Of a stretch of DNA of 64,000 nucleotides, positions 54,834 to 63,871 are shown piece after piece. The position numbers and the translations under genes were made by a program. Each line of letters begins with the position of its first letter. Positions within the stretch are counted from its first letter, which is position 1. Source of the stretch: a virus (lineage: Duplodnaviria; Caudoviricetes); IMG/VR virus record IMGVR_UViG_2765235989_000002, positions 19,135-83,134 of that record, one strand, 5' to 3'. The notes under the pieces were generated by a model. It made no database searches, had not been told where the DNA came from, and saw only the letters and a list, made by a program, of their open reading frames with translations.

Positions 54834-55237
54834 AGGGCTGCGGGCGGCCGGTGTCGAGGCCGCGCGTGATGGCGAGTGTCGGCACCGGCCGCGGTCTTGA
54901 GGCCGTGACGAGAGACGGGCGTCCGGGGGCGCGGGCCACGCTGCGAAACCCACCATGGTGTGTTGCGGCCCGCGCCCCCGTAACGTCGTTCCGTCACCGT
55001 TCTCCCCGGGCGGAGACTGCCTGACCGTTGTTCAAAACACGCATTCCGAACTGGCCGGGACAATCTCCCCTCGGGGTACACATCAAGACCACTGATGATG
55101 GAACTGGCAGGTCAGCGGCCCAGCACCCACATCCTGACCTAACCCGTTCCGGTTATCTCCGGGCCGTTTTTCCACCCAAAAACCGCATGAATATTTACAC
55201 TCCACACGGCAATAGATGCCCACTACACGGGGGGAAC

Positions 55238-56083
55238 GTGAAGCAAGACCCGCTCCGTCAGCTCCTCACCACACGCCGATCCGCGATCGAACCCGAAACC
55301 CACGGCCTCACCCGCCCCACCGGCCAAGGCCGCCGCGCCGCCGGCCTCTCCCAACACCAGGTCGACCATCTCACCGACCGAGCCATCAACACCTACCAAC
55401 GCCTCGAGTCCGGGAACTACCTGAACCCGCCCCTCGACTACCTCCGCGACATCGCCGTCCTGTTCGACATGAACGAACACGAGTGGATCGCCCTCCACCG
55501 CTACGCCCGCGGCGAAGACCCGCCCGGCCCCCTCAGCCAGGACTCTGGCTACCACGTCGCGGGCGCCTGGCAGCACGCCGTCAACTCCATCGGCGAAATG
55601 GCCTACCTCACGGATGCCTCCTGGAACGTCCTCGCCGCCAACGCCGAGTGGGCCGGCTTGTTCCCCAGCGGCCGTACCCCCGACAACACCATGCGGTGGA
55701 TGCTGCTCTCTGCCGAGGCCCGGCACGTCCTGACCGACTGGAAAACCGCGTGGGCGCCCCTCATCCTGCCCCAGCTCCGTGTCGCCCTCGCCACCCGCCA
55801 GGACGACACCCTCCGCGCCATCGAACGCGACGTCCTCGCCGACCCGGTCACCCGCAGCCTGTACGACGAGCAGGGCGTCTACGTGCACCCCAACGGCGAC
55901 CAACGGCCCATCCACCACGCCGTCCACGGGCCCGGCTGGGTCACCATGTGCTCCGCACAACCCGAAGGCAGCACCGGCTCCCGGCTGATGATCCTCCTGT
56001 ATCAGCCCGGCGCCCGCCGTCCCCGGCCGCAGACCCCACTCCGGGCCTGCCCGCCAGGCCCGCGCACCCCCACACGCCCCTGA
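55238..56083 (+). CDS. MmyB-family regulator (XRE HTH + PAS-like ligand-binding domain)
   Basis: GRRAAGLSQHQV...YQRLESG; AYLTDASWNVLAAN; NTMRWMLL. Confidence 0.88.
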   Translation: MKQDPLRQLLTTRRSAIEPETHGLTRPTGQGRRAAGLSQHQVDHLTDRAINTYQRLESGNYLNPPLDYLRDIAVLFDMNEHEWIALHRYARGEDPPGPLSQDSGYHVAGAWQHAVNSIGEMAYLTDASWNVLAANAEWAGLFPSGRTPDNTMRWMLLSAEARHVLTDWKTAWAPLILPQLRVALATRQDDTLRAIERDVLADPVTRSLYDEQGVYVHPNGDQRPIHHAVHGPGWVTMCSAQPEGSTGSRLMILLYQPGARRPRPQTPLRACPPGPRTPTRP

Positions 56084-56334
56084 CTCCAGCACATTGAGCC
56101 CCCACGCCTCGAACAGCAGGACCGCTCAAGGCACGGCCAACGGCCGGCATGCTCCGGAACGGGAGAACCGGAGCGGAAGCAGAGGAACAGCGCACCCTGG
56201 CCACCGCCAGGCCAGGGCACCGCAGTCGAATCCGCATTCCTCCCCCTACAGGGGAACACGGCACACGATTTGGACGTACGGTTTGGGCCACCCCCGCACG
56301 CAGACCAGCCATGCCCAGCCCTGCCGGAGGACAC

Positions 56335-57378
56335 ATGCCCGCCTACGTCACCACACCCCAGATCGTGCTCCCCCCGCACAAGATCACCACAGCCGAGATC
56401 CTCGACGACATCCGGGCACGGCACGCCACCCACCCACGGCTGCCCGTCATCCTCCGCGCCATCACCAACTGCGGCGTCACCACACGCCACTTCACCCGGC
56501 CCCTCGACGCCCCCACCGTCACCGGCACCGCCGACGTCCAGGAACGCACCCGGGCCGCCTTCAACGACTGCCTCACCATGGCCACCGAAGCCGCCACCCA
56601 GGCCCTCGCCCACGCCGGCCTCACCCCGAGCGACATCGACGCGGTCGTCACCTCCCACGCCACCGGCTGGTCCGTCCCCAATCTCGACGTCCACCTCACC
56701 GCCGCCCTCGGCCTCCCGCCGACCGTGCGACGCCTCCCCATGACCACCCTCGCCTGCGCCGGCGGCGCCCACGCCCTCATAAGGGCCGCCGACCACGTCA
56801 CCGCTCACCCCACGGCCCGGGTCCTCGTCGTCGCCACCGAAGCCCTGTCGACGTCGTACAACCACGCAGACACCAGCATCCCCAGCATGATCTACAAGGC
56901 ACTGTTCGCGGACTCCGCCGCCGCAGCCATCGTCACCGCCGAGCTCCTCGAGCCCGGGATCCGGATCGACGACACCTTCGAGTACTGGCTCCCCGGCAGC
57001 CTCGACCGGTACGAAGGCCGCCTCGACCAGACCGGCCTCCACTTCGACTCCACCCGCCAAGCCCCCGCCGCCGCGGGCCAGTCCATGCCCGCCGTCCTCA
57101 ACTGGCTCGGCCACAACCACATCATCGACTGGGCCGTCATCCACCCCGGCGGGCCGTCCATCATCCGCGACGTCGCCCACGCCCTCGGCCTCGACGACCA
57201 CGACGCCCAGCACTCGTACGACTCCCTCACCGAGTGCGGCAACCTCGGCGGCCCCGCGGTCCTGGACGTCCTCGCCCGCACCCACACCACACCGCCCGCG
57301 CACGGCACGACCGGCGTTCTGGCCGCGTTCGGCCCCGGCTTCACCGTGTCCGCGATCCGCGGCACCTGGCAGGCGTGA
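56335..57378 (+). CDS. Type III polyketide synthase (chalcone synthase superfamily)
   Basis: Catalytic triad LACAGG / IHPGG / GNLGG; ALFADSAAA; AFGPGF; GGAGG RBS. Confidence 0.93.
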   Translation: MPAYVTTPQIVLPPHKITTAEILDDIRARHATHPRLPVILRAITNCGVTTRHFTRPLDAPTVTGTADVQERTRAAFNDCLTMATEAATQALAHAGLTPSDIDAVVTSHATGWSVPNLDVHLTAALGLPPTVRRLPMTTLACAGGAHALIRAADHVTAHPTARVLVVATEALSTSYNHADTSIPSMIYKALFADSAAAAIVTAELLEPGIRIDDTFEYWLPGSLDRYEGRLDQTGLHFDSTRQAPAAAGQSMPAVLNWLGHNHIIDWAVIHPGGPSIIRDVAHALGLDDHDAQHSYDSLTECGNLGGPAVLDVLARTHTTPPAHGTTGVLAAFGPGFTVSAIRGTWQA

Positions 57379-58055
57379 CGGGGGGTTCCTGCCGGCCGGT
57401 GCGCCGTGTGAGGATCCGCCCATGACCCGGACCATGCTCCCGCCCAGTGCCCGCTGTCTCGCGCCGTCCGCTCGTGACCGGGGACGATGTCGCCGACCGT
57501 GGCGGACACGAGGATCATGGTGCGCAGGTCGGTACGGGCACCCTTCCCCGAGCGGGCGGCCAGGGCGGCTTCGACTTTGCGGGCCTTGAAGTACGCCTGC
57601 GGGCGGCCCGAGTCGGGATGCGGCCGGTACCCGGCCGGCTTCAGCCCCAGCCGGAAGATGGTCCTTGACGCGGCCTTCGCGGGGTCCTTGGCCTTCGACT
57701 TCAGAACGTCCACGCCGATCTGCTCCAGCGTCCACAGCTCGTGCTGTTCGATGATCGGCCACAGTTCGACCCCTTCGACGATCGTCCCGATGTCCAGGTT
57801 GCCGTCGTCGTCGGTGGGGTAGCCGTCGAAGTCGTGGTCGGCGGCGTAGGCCGGTCCGATGAACTCGTCACCGGCGAGGGAGACCCCGTCGGGCAGGGCG
57901 GCGTTGATGGCGTGGTGGTAGGCGATGTTGATCGCCTCGATGTCGTAGTCGTCCCCGCCGTAGGAGCCGAGGGCTTTGAGGACGGTGGTCTCGAGGTTGA
58001 GCGCGTACTGGTCGACGCGGGTGACCCAGGTGCCGTAGCTGGTGGTGGTCGTCAT
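56892..58055 (-). CDS. Acidic N-domain plus DNA-binding-like C-domain; the frame runs on antisense into the PKS
   Basis: GAAGGGGAG RBS; plausible protein up to GKGARTDLR (about 57520), then no stop until 56892. Confidence 0.6.
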   Translation of the reverse strand: MTTTTSYGTWVTRVDQYALNLETTVLKALGSYGGDDYDIEAINIAYHHAINAALPDGVSLAGDEFIGPAYAADHDFDGYPTDDDGNLDIGTIVEGVELWPIIEQHELWTLEQIGVDVLKSKAKDPAKAASRTIFRLGLKPAGYRPHPDSGRPQAYFKARKVEAALAARSGKGARTDLRTMILVSATVGDIVPGHERTARDSGHWAGAWSGSWADPHTAHRPAGTPRHACQVPRIADTVKPGPNAARTPVVPCAGGVVWVRARTSRTAGPPRLPHSVRESYECWASWSSRPRAWATSRMMDGPPGWMTAQSMMWLWPSQLRTAGMDWPAAAGAWRVESKWRPVWSRRPSYRSRLPGSQYSKVSSIRIPGSRSSAVTMAAAAESANSAL

Positions 58056-58119
58056 GACGGTGCTCCCCTTCGGTCCGGCGGCGATGGGGGCCTTTGCTGC
58101 CCCCCTCACCTCGATGACT

Positions 58120-58153
58120 CAACCTTGCCGTATGTACGGCAAGGTTGGCAAGG
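58120..58153. promoter_or_regulatory. Palindromic operator in the promoter of the 58055 gene
   Basis: CAACCTTGCCGTA-TG-TACGGCAAGGTTG plus an extra GGCAAGG half-site overlapping the minus-strand TTGCCA. Confidence 0.7.
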
Positions 58154-58655
58154 GGTGTCACTCGAAAGGGTGAACACGTAGGACAAAATCCCCAGCAGAA
58201 AAGACTTGCCGAAGCACTCAAAACGGGCGGGTCGGTCCAGCCTTGTCCATCCGTTGCCTATGCCGGACGCCAGTCGTTCTTGCTGTATGAGCGACGAGAC
58301 CAAGTTCGACACATCGATGCCTGCCAGCCGCGCTTACCACGCCGAGATGTGCGCTCCCTCCAGCGGCGGTCCGTCATCGGTTGTGGACCTGGCCAAGCTG
58401 AAAGCCGCAGCGGATGAGGAGATGAAAGGGCTGTTGAATGCTGGCTGGCGAAGCGTTCCCGCACTGCTACGGCTCATGATGCACGACGTTCGCCTCGTGA
58501 TGGCGCCTACCCGAAGTGACTGAACCTGGCCCCGCGGGGGCATCCGCCAGGCACCGGCCGGGGTCGGCATCCGTTTCATTCCTGCGCGGGATTCGTTAGG
58601 CGCATAGGATGAGTTGCGCTGCCTGCGTGATTGCCCAGCTGACGAAGAGGTTCGG

Positions 58656-58865
58656 ATGTCGCCCGCGCATAAGCTCGCACAAAGCGCCGTTCTGGGGGCC
58701 GTCGCCGCGATGCCCGTGGTGTGGATTGTCTGGATGGTGAGTGACAACCCGCCGTCGCCTCAGACCACCATTCTCGGCTCTGCGATGGCCGGTCTCGGCG
58801 GGGTGTGGGTCGCCGTGAAGGCGCGGCGGCTCCGGGCGCGCGGCCGGCGGCAGGGCAGAGGGTGA
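58656..58865 (+). CDS. Small two-TM membrane protein
   Basis: GAGG RBS; two hydrophobic helices and a basic tail. Confidence 0.55.
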   Translation: MSPAHKLAQSAVLGAVAAMPVVWIVWMVSDNPPSPQTTILGSAMAGLGGVWVAVKARRLRARGRRQGRG

Positions 58866-58905
58866 GGTATGGGGACCAGGCACGTCTCATGAGGCTGCTG
58901 CCCGG

Positions 58906-61176
58906 TTACCAACGCATGCCGAGTGCGTCGAGGGCCGTGATTCGCTCGGCGCTGATGCCGCCCTTTTTGACTCCACTGCGCAACTGTCTCTGGTACAGGA
59001 TCCAGGATCCGAGTTTGGTGCCGTCTGGTGCGGTGTAGGAGTGCTTGACGTGCAGGTGGCCGTGCTTGGCGTGGAACTGCTGCGCCGCGGCGTACATCTG
59101 CCACCAGCGGACGTCGATCTTGTCCCAGACCATGCCGAGCTCGTCGAGCGCGGACTTCTGCTCCAGCGGCAGGGTGCCTCTGCCGTGCTTGACGCGCTGG
59201 GTGGTGAGCCAGGCACCGAGTTTGTGCCCGCTGGGCGTGCTGTACTCACGCGGTACCCGCAGGTGGCCGTGCTCGCGATGGTAGAGGCGGGCCGCGGTGA
59301 TGCCGGCGGCCCATGCTTCTTCGACGCGGTTCGGGTCCCATTTGAAGCCGAGAGCCTCCAGCGCTGCTTGCCTTTCGGGGGCCAGTTTTCCGCTACGGCG
59401 TAGGGATCGCTGCTTGCTGAGCCAAATCCCCAAGCTCACCCCGTCCGCGGTGCGGTGCGACTGCGGTACGTTCAGGTGCCCGTGCTCGGCCCGGTAGGAA
59501 GCGGCGGTGTCGAGGTTCACGGCGAACGCCTCGGCACTGGGATCCCAGACCATGCCGATCGCGGTGAGCTTCTCGACGCGGTCTGTACTGAGACGGCCGC
59601 GTCGGAATTCGTGGCGGCGTTGGGCGATCCAGCCCCCCAGGCGGAAGCCGTGCTCTGTGCGGTGCTCGGCGGGCACGAGCAGGTGCTGGTGTTCTTCGTA
59701 ATAGCGCGCGGCTACGTAGTAGCCCTCCCACCAGGGGTTGGTGCTCTGGCGCACGAGCATCAGCTTCACCTGGGCGAGGAAATCTTGGCTCGTGCCGGGC
59801 GGTAGGACGAATGTGATCTTATCGGGTAGTTGTGGGTTACTTGCGGAGTTCTTGCTCCGTTGGCTGTCGAGTGCGACCCCCAGTGGCTCATCGTGAGCGC
59901 GCAGAGCACGCACGACCTGCCACAGGGTCTCGTAGTCGCCAGGGTCCAAGTCACCGATCTCGCCGTCTTCTTCGGGCACCACCAGCGGCACGATGATCGT
60001 TGAGGGGCCTGGCACCTGCGGATCCCGGCGCAGCGCTCGCCCGACCGCTTGGGTGATATCCACGGCTGATCTTTTGGGATGTCCGAACAGGACTGCGTCT
60101 ACTGCTGGTAGGTCGACGCCTTCGCTCAGGCATCGCGCGCTGCTGATGACCGTCCAGCCGTGGGTGTGCCGCAGTCGGTTGAGGATGCTGCCCCTGGCCC
60201 GGTGGTCCATCTTGCCGTGGATGTGTGCCGCGTAGAGGTGGTCCTGGTCAGTGGGCGAGGTGCGGGATACAGCGTGTTTCAGGGTGCGGGCGAACTCGGC
60301 GGCCGCGTCGACGCGGGGGTGGTAGGTCAAGGCGCGTCGGATACCGTACTGCTGGCGGGCGCGGCCTAGGGCGACTTGGGCGACGACGGTTTGCAGCGAC
60401 GGTGCCCCCAGCGCATCCACGTATTCGATGCCCTCGTCGGCCAGCAGCTTACGTGCCTCGGCGTCCCGGACGCCGATCACCGCGATGCGGTAGTCCTCCA
60501 GGTATCCATCGGTGATGCCCTGCGCGAAGGAATACCGGCCCAGGACCGGGCCGAACACGGTTTCGTCGTCCATGCCGACCATCGGCAGCGAGTCGATGCC
60601 GGCGTTGATGCGCAGGTCCTCACGAGGGGTGGCTGTCATGAACAGCCGGCGCCGGGCGGGGAGCCGGCCCGGCTGGAGGATCTTGCGGGTGGTGAAGTCG
60701 GCCCGGCCGGCGAGGTGGTGAGCTTCGTCGAGGACCAGGAGGTCCAGCGGGCTGGTCGCAAGGACCGCGTCCGCCAGCCGGACCGCGGAAAGGTACGTGC
60801 ACAGCACCAGCCGGATCCCGGGTGCAGACGGCCGGCGCAACCAGACGGTGATGTCCTCGGTGCGAGTGGTGACCGGCACGGGCAGGTCGTGGGTGTGTAC
60901 GGCGGCATCCGCGACGGTGTCGTCGCTGCATACCGCCAGCGCATCCAGCGGCTGGCGGGCGTTGCGGGACCAGGAGGCCAGGGTCTGTGCGACCAGGGAG
61001 AGGGAAGGCGCGAGGACGGCGACGGTCCCGCCGCCGGGCAGGAGCTGCTCGGCGGAGCGCTGGGCGACGATCGTCTTGCCGCTGCCGCAGGCCATGTGGA
61101 TCTGGCCGTTCCCGCCGTCCCGTAGCCCTCGCCATACGCTGCTGACGATCTCTTGTTGGTAGGGGCGTAATTTCAT
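58906..61176 (-). CDS. SF2 DEAD/DEAH helicase with C-terminal helicase-associated (HA) repeats, TtrA-like
   Basis: LRPYQ, MACGSGKT, LDEAHH, MTATP, LSEGVD, QAVGRALR; four HGHLxV...LGxW...LGMxW repeats; TTA at codon 3. Confidence 0.9.
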   Translation of the reverse strand: MKLRPYQQEIVSSVWRGLRDGGNGQIHMACGSGKTIVAQRSAEQLLPGGGTVAVLAPSLSLVAQTLASWSRNARQPLDALAVCSDDTVADAAVHTHDLPVPVTTRTEDITVWLRRPSAPGIRLVLCTYLSAVRLADAVLATSPLDLLVLDEAHHLAGRADFTTRKILQPGRLPARRRLFMTATPREDLRINAGIDSLPMVGMDDETVFGPVLGRYSFAQGITDGYLEDYRIAVIGVRDAEARKLLADEGIEYVDALGAPSLQTVVAQVALGRARQQYGIRRALTYHPRVDAAAEFARTLKHAVSRTSPTDQDHLYAAHIHGKMDHRARGSILNRLRHTHGWTVISSARCLSEGVDLPAVDAVLFGHPKRSAVDITQAVGRALRRDPQVPGPSTIIVPLVVPEEDGEIGDLDPGDYETLWQVVRALRAHDEPLGVALDSQRSKNSASNPQLPDKITFVLPPGTSQDFLAQVKLMLVRQSTNPWWEGYYVAARYYEEHQHLLVPAEHRTEHGFRLGGWIAQRRHEFRRGRLSTDRVEKLTAIGMVWDPSAEAFAVNLDTAASYRAEHGHLNVPQSHRTADGVSLGIWLSKQRSLRRSGKLAPERQAALEALGFKWDPNRVEEAWAAGITAARLYHREHGHLRVPREYSTPSGHKLGAWLTTQRVKHGRGTLPLEQKSALDELGMVWDKIDVRWWQMYAAAQQFHAKHGHLHVKHSYTAPDGTKLGSWILYQRQLRSGVKKGGISAERITALDALGMRW

Positions 61177-61229
61177 ACGTTGACGAATCCTTTGATCTGG
61201 CGAGAACGAGGGCGTCGGCAGGGCCGGGT

Positions 61230-62249
61230 TCACGCGTCGTTGTTGTCGAGGTCGGCGTAGTCGATGCGGGCGCCGGTCAGCGCGGCGGCGCGGGCGCACA
61301 CCTGCCGGTGCCAGGACGCCGTCCAGCCGTGCCAGCCCTCCGACCAGCTCGTCCCGCGCACGCCGGCCTTGTACTCGTCGTCGTCGCGGTAGGTGATCAG
61401 CGTGTCGTCGTCCGCGTCCTCAAGGCCGGCGACCAGCTTGGCGACCGCGGCGTCAGTTGCCGCCTTCAGTTCGGCGATCTCGGGCCGGACACGGCCGGGG
61501 ACCGGGTCGCGGCCCTGCTCCCAGGAGCGCAGCGTGCGCGGGTTCACGCCGAGCCGATTGGCCATGTCGTCGCCCGTCAGGCCCAGGTACTCCCGGGCCG
61601 TGCGCAGCTCTGCGGGGGTCAGCGGGTCGTCTTCCGCCAGGTCGTCGCGCAGGCCCCGCAGGTAGGCGCCCAGGCCGTGGCAGACCGCTACCGGGCTGTC
61701 CCCGCAGTCGACGAGGCCGGCCAGGATCTCCCGCTCGATCTCGTCCAGGCGGTCGTCGGTGGTGTCGGCGGTGATGTCGTGCTCCTCGACCTCAAAGCCG
61801 TTGACGGCGCCGTCGATGTCCCAGATCCCGACCAGGTCACTGTCGGGGAAGCCCTGGTCCGCCTCGCCCCTGTAGTTGCTCCCCGACGACAGACCGAGGA
61901 TGCTCTCGATCTCCTCATCGGCGGCGCGGGCGTCGTCGTCCCACTGGGCGACGGTGTTGTTGCCGTCCCAGACCGCTTCCGTCCCGGCAATGACGAGGTC
62001 GGCGAGGGGGGCGATCTGCCGCATGACCCGGTTCACGGCGTCCGCGGTCAGGACCGGGATCGGGTAGCGGATGTCCAGACCGTGGTAGACGGTGCCCGGG
62101 ACCGCGTTGCCGACCTCGGAGTTGTAGGTGGCGGACAGCGTCTCGTTCTGGGTGTCGAGTTCGATGTAGGCGGGCTGGGGTTCGGTCTGTCCGTCGTAGT
62201 GGCGGTACAGCTCGGTCGCTGCGGTGCAGTCGATGATGGTGACGCTCAC
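61230..62249 (-). CDS. Acidic N-terminal domain fused to an XRE/DUF1870 (Aca2/YdiL-like) HTH
   Basis: LTPAELRTAREYLGLT...LGVNPRTLRSWEQGRDPVP...LITYR. Confidence 0.8.
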   Translation of the reverse strand: MSVTIIDCTAATELYRHYDGQTEPQPAYIELDTQNETLSATYNSEVGNAVPGTVYHGLDIRYPIPVLTADAVNRVMRQIAPLADLVIAGTEAVWDGNNTVAQWDDDARAADEEIESILGLSSGSNYRGEADQGFPDSDLVGIWDIDGAVNGFEVEEHDITADTTDDRLDEIEREILAGLVDCGDSPVAVCHGLGAYLRGLRDDLAEDDPLTPAELRTAREYLGLTGDDMANRLGVNPRTLRSWEQGRDPVPGRVRPEIAELKAATDAAVAKLVAGLEDADDDTLITYRDDDEYKAGVRGTSWSEGWHGWTASWHRQVCARAAALTGARIDYADLDNNDA

Positions 62250-62288
62250 AGGATGGCCCCTTTCCGGGGGAAAGTTCGGTGGATGACT

Positions 62289-62816
62289 TCAGAGGGCGGC
62301 GACGGCGGCACGGATGCTGCGGGAGACGATGCCGAGCAGGTCGACCGTGGTCCGCTCGCCGTCGTAGAAGCGGATGTGCAGGGCGTCGGCCCCGTGGTGC
62401 TGGAACATCAGCCGGCCGGTGGGCACGTCGAAGTAGACCTTGCTGATCGATCCGACGATGCCGCCGACGCGGCCGTTGGCGATGGCCCGGCCGAGGAACT
62501 CGGCGCTGGCGACGTTGCCGCTGCGGTAGTAGTCGACGTCCAGGCCGGAGAACTCGGTCCAGTTGTTGAGGTAGACGCGGTCCATGCCGTTCTTCTGCCA
62601 GCGCCGGCCACCGATGGCGACCATGGTGTCGGCGGTGAGGACGGCCGGGCGGGCGGGGCGCTTCATGGCGCCGATGGCGATGCGGGCGGCGAGGGAGGCG
62701 GCGTCGATGATCCAGCGGCCGGCGGTCTTCGTGGCAGCGATGACGCCGCGGCGGCACCAGCCACGCACGGTGGCGACTGATACGTGGGCCTCACGGGCTG
62801 CTGCGGTGGTGTTCAT
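62289..62816 (-). CDS. HTH_17/MerR-like HTH fused to a phage domain
   Basis: MNTTAAAREAHVSVATVRGWCRRG; RWQKNGMDRVYLN. Confidence 0.8.
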   Translation of the reverse strand: MNTTAAAREAHVSVATVRGWCRRGVIAATKTAGRWIIDAASLAARIAIGAMKRPARPAVLTADTMVAIGGRRWQKNGMDRVYLNNWTEFSGLDVDYYRSGNVASAEFLGRAIANGRVGGIVGSISKVYFDVPTGRLMFQHHGADALHIRFYDGERTTVDLLGIVSRSIRAAVAAL

Positions 62817-62874
62817 GAGCTTCTCCGAGTCACTTACGGAGCGGGCTGGGGCTGTTCCCCTGCCTCACACCCAC

Positions 62875-62905
62875 AGACTACACCCTAAAATAGGGTGCGG
62901 CGCAA
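62875..62905 (-). promoter_or_regulatory. Promoter with internal palindrome CACCCTA-AAA-TAGGGTG
   Basis: Minus strand TTGCGC...TAGTCT bracketing the inverted repeat. Confidence 0.6.
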
Positions 62906-62958
62906 GGTGTTCACCCAAACTCTTACCGTGATCATCGAAAATGCCCCGCGCACGCCGC

Positions 62959-63288
62959 CTAGAGCACGCCGAGGGCGGTGTCCGGCCGGCACAGCGGGCA
63001 CGGCCGGATACCGTGCTCGACCAGCCCGGTGACGGCCTGGTCCCGAGTGAGGGGCTGGACTGCGCGGCCACGCATCTTGCAGTCCCCCACATGGATGGCG
63101 ATCGGAGAGCGCGCGCCGTCGATCCCCCGCTCAACCAGCCACTCAGGGGGTGCCGGGGGTGGCCGGCGCGCGGCTTCCTCAGCAGCACGCCCCTCCTCCT
63201 CGGCGATCCACCGGCGGGTGCGCTCCAGGTCCTGGAGCTGGACCCGCTCCAGGAAGCGGAGCGCGATCAGGCGCGGCGAATCGGTCAT
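62959..63288 (-). CDS. DUF6233-like Zn-binding protein
   Basis: IHVGDC...PCPLCRPDTALG. Confidence 0.8.
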   Translation of the reverse strand: MTDSPRLIALRFLERVQLQDLERTRRWIAEEEGRAAEEAARRPPPAPPEWLVERGIDGARSPIAIHVGDCKMRGRAVQPLTRDQAVTGLVEHGIRPCPLCRPDTALGVL

Positions 63289-63292
63289 AAGT

Positions 63293-63308
63293 TCGAGTGT
63301 AGGTTCGG
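63293..63308. promoter_or_regulatory. Degenerate LexA (SOS) box
   Basis: TCGAGT-GTAG-GTTCGG versus actinobacterial TCGAAC-N4-GTTCGA; adjacent to the start codon. Confidence 0.45.
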
Positions 63309-63422
63309 CGCGATCCCGGCTTCACCACGGACCCCCCCCGGGGGCTCTGCCACACTGGGCGGTGGCCCGTCGTGCATCCCCCGTCGCGGCGGGCCACCAC
63401 CACACCCCGGGCCTACCCGCTG

Positions 63423-63680
63423 TCAGCCCCCGGCCGCCAGCCCGGCCCCTTCGGCTTCCGCAGCGGCGGCCTTCACCGCCATCTCCAGATCGCTGCGGTT
63501 CACGCCGGCCTCGGCCGCGTGCTCGGTCACCGCGGCATGCACGGCCGCTGCCGCTTCCCACCACGGCCGCCACGCCTCCGGCGAGTAGTCCTCGCGCAGG
63601 GCATCTGCCCGGGCCGCGTTCGCCACGCGCTGGAGCCGGAGCAGGTGATCGGGTACGTCGGGTCTCTTGTCTTTCGCCAC
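63423..63680 (-). CDS. Small helical hypothetical protein
   Basis: WRPWWEAAAAVHAAVTEHA...RSDLEMAVK. Confidence 0.7.
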   Translation of the reverse strand: MAKDKRPDVPDHLLRLQRVANAARADALREDYSPEAWRPWWEAAAAVHAAVTEHAAEAGVNRSDLEMAVKAAAAEAEGAGLAAGG

Positions 63681-63871
63681 GGCCGGAGCTTACGCCGCAG
63701 CCGTCACAGCCATCGCTCGGTACCTGGCCGGGAAAGCGAGAAGCGGCCCGCCCGAGATGGGCGGGCCGCTGTGTCGGGGAGGTTATGCACCGGGCACGCT
63801 ACGCCCAGCCCCCTGCCCCTGTCAGGCCATAGGTCATGCCATATCGCGCGTCGGATTTGGTAAAATTGATC

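Noticed and set aside
56335-57378. Assigning rppA, gcs or phlD to the PKS
   Set aside because: Family is clear but product specificity cannot be read by eye, and the usual partner genes are absent.
58206-58523. Possible + strand ORF
   Set aside because: No clear RBS or motif and the start is ambiguous; not supportable.
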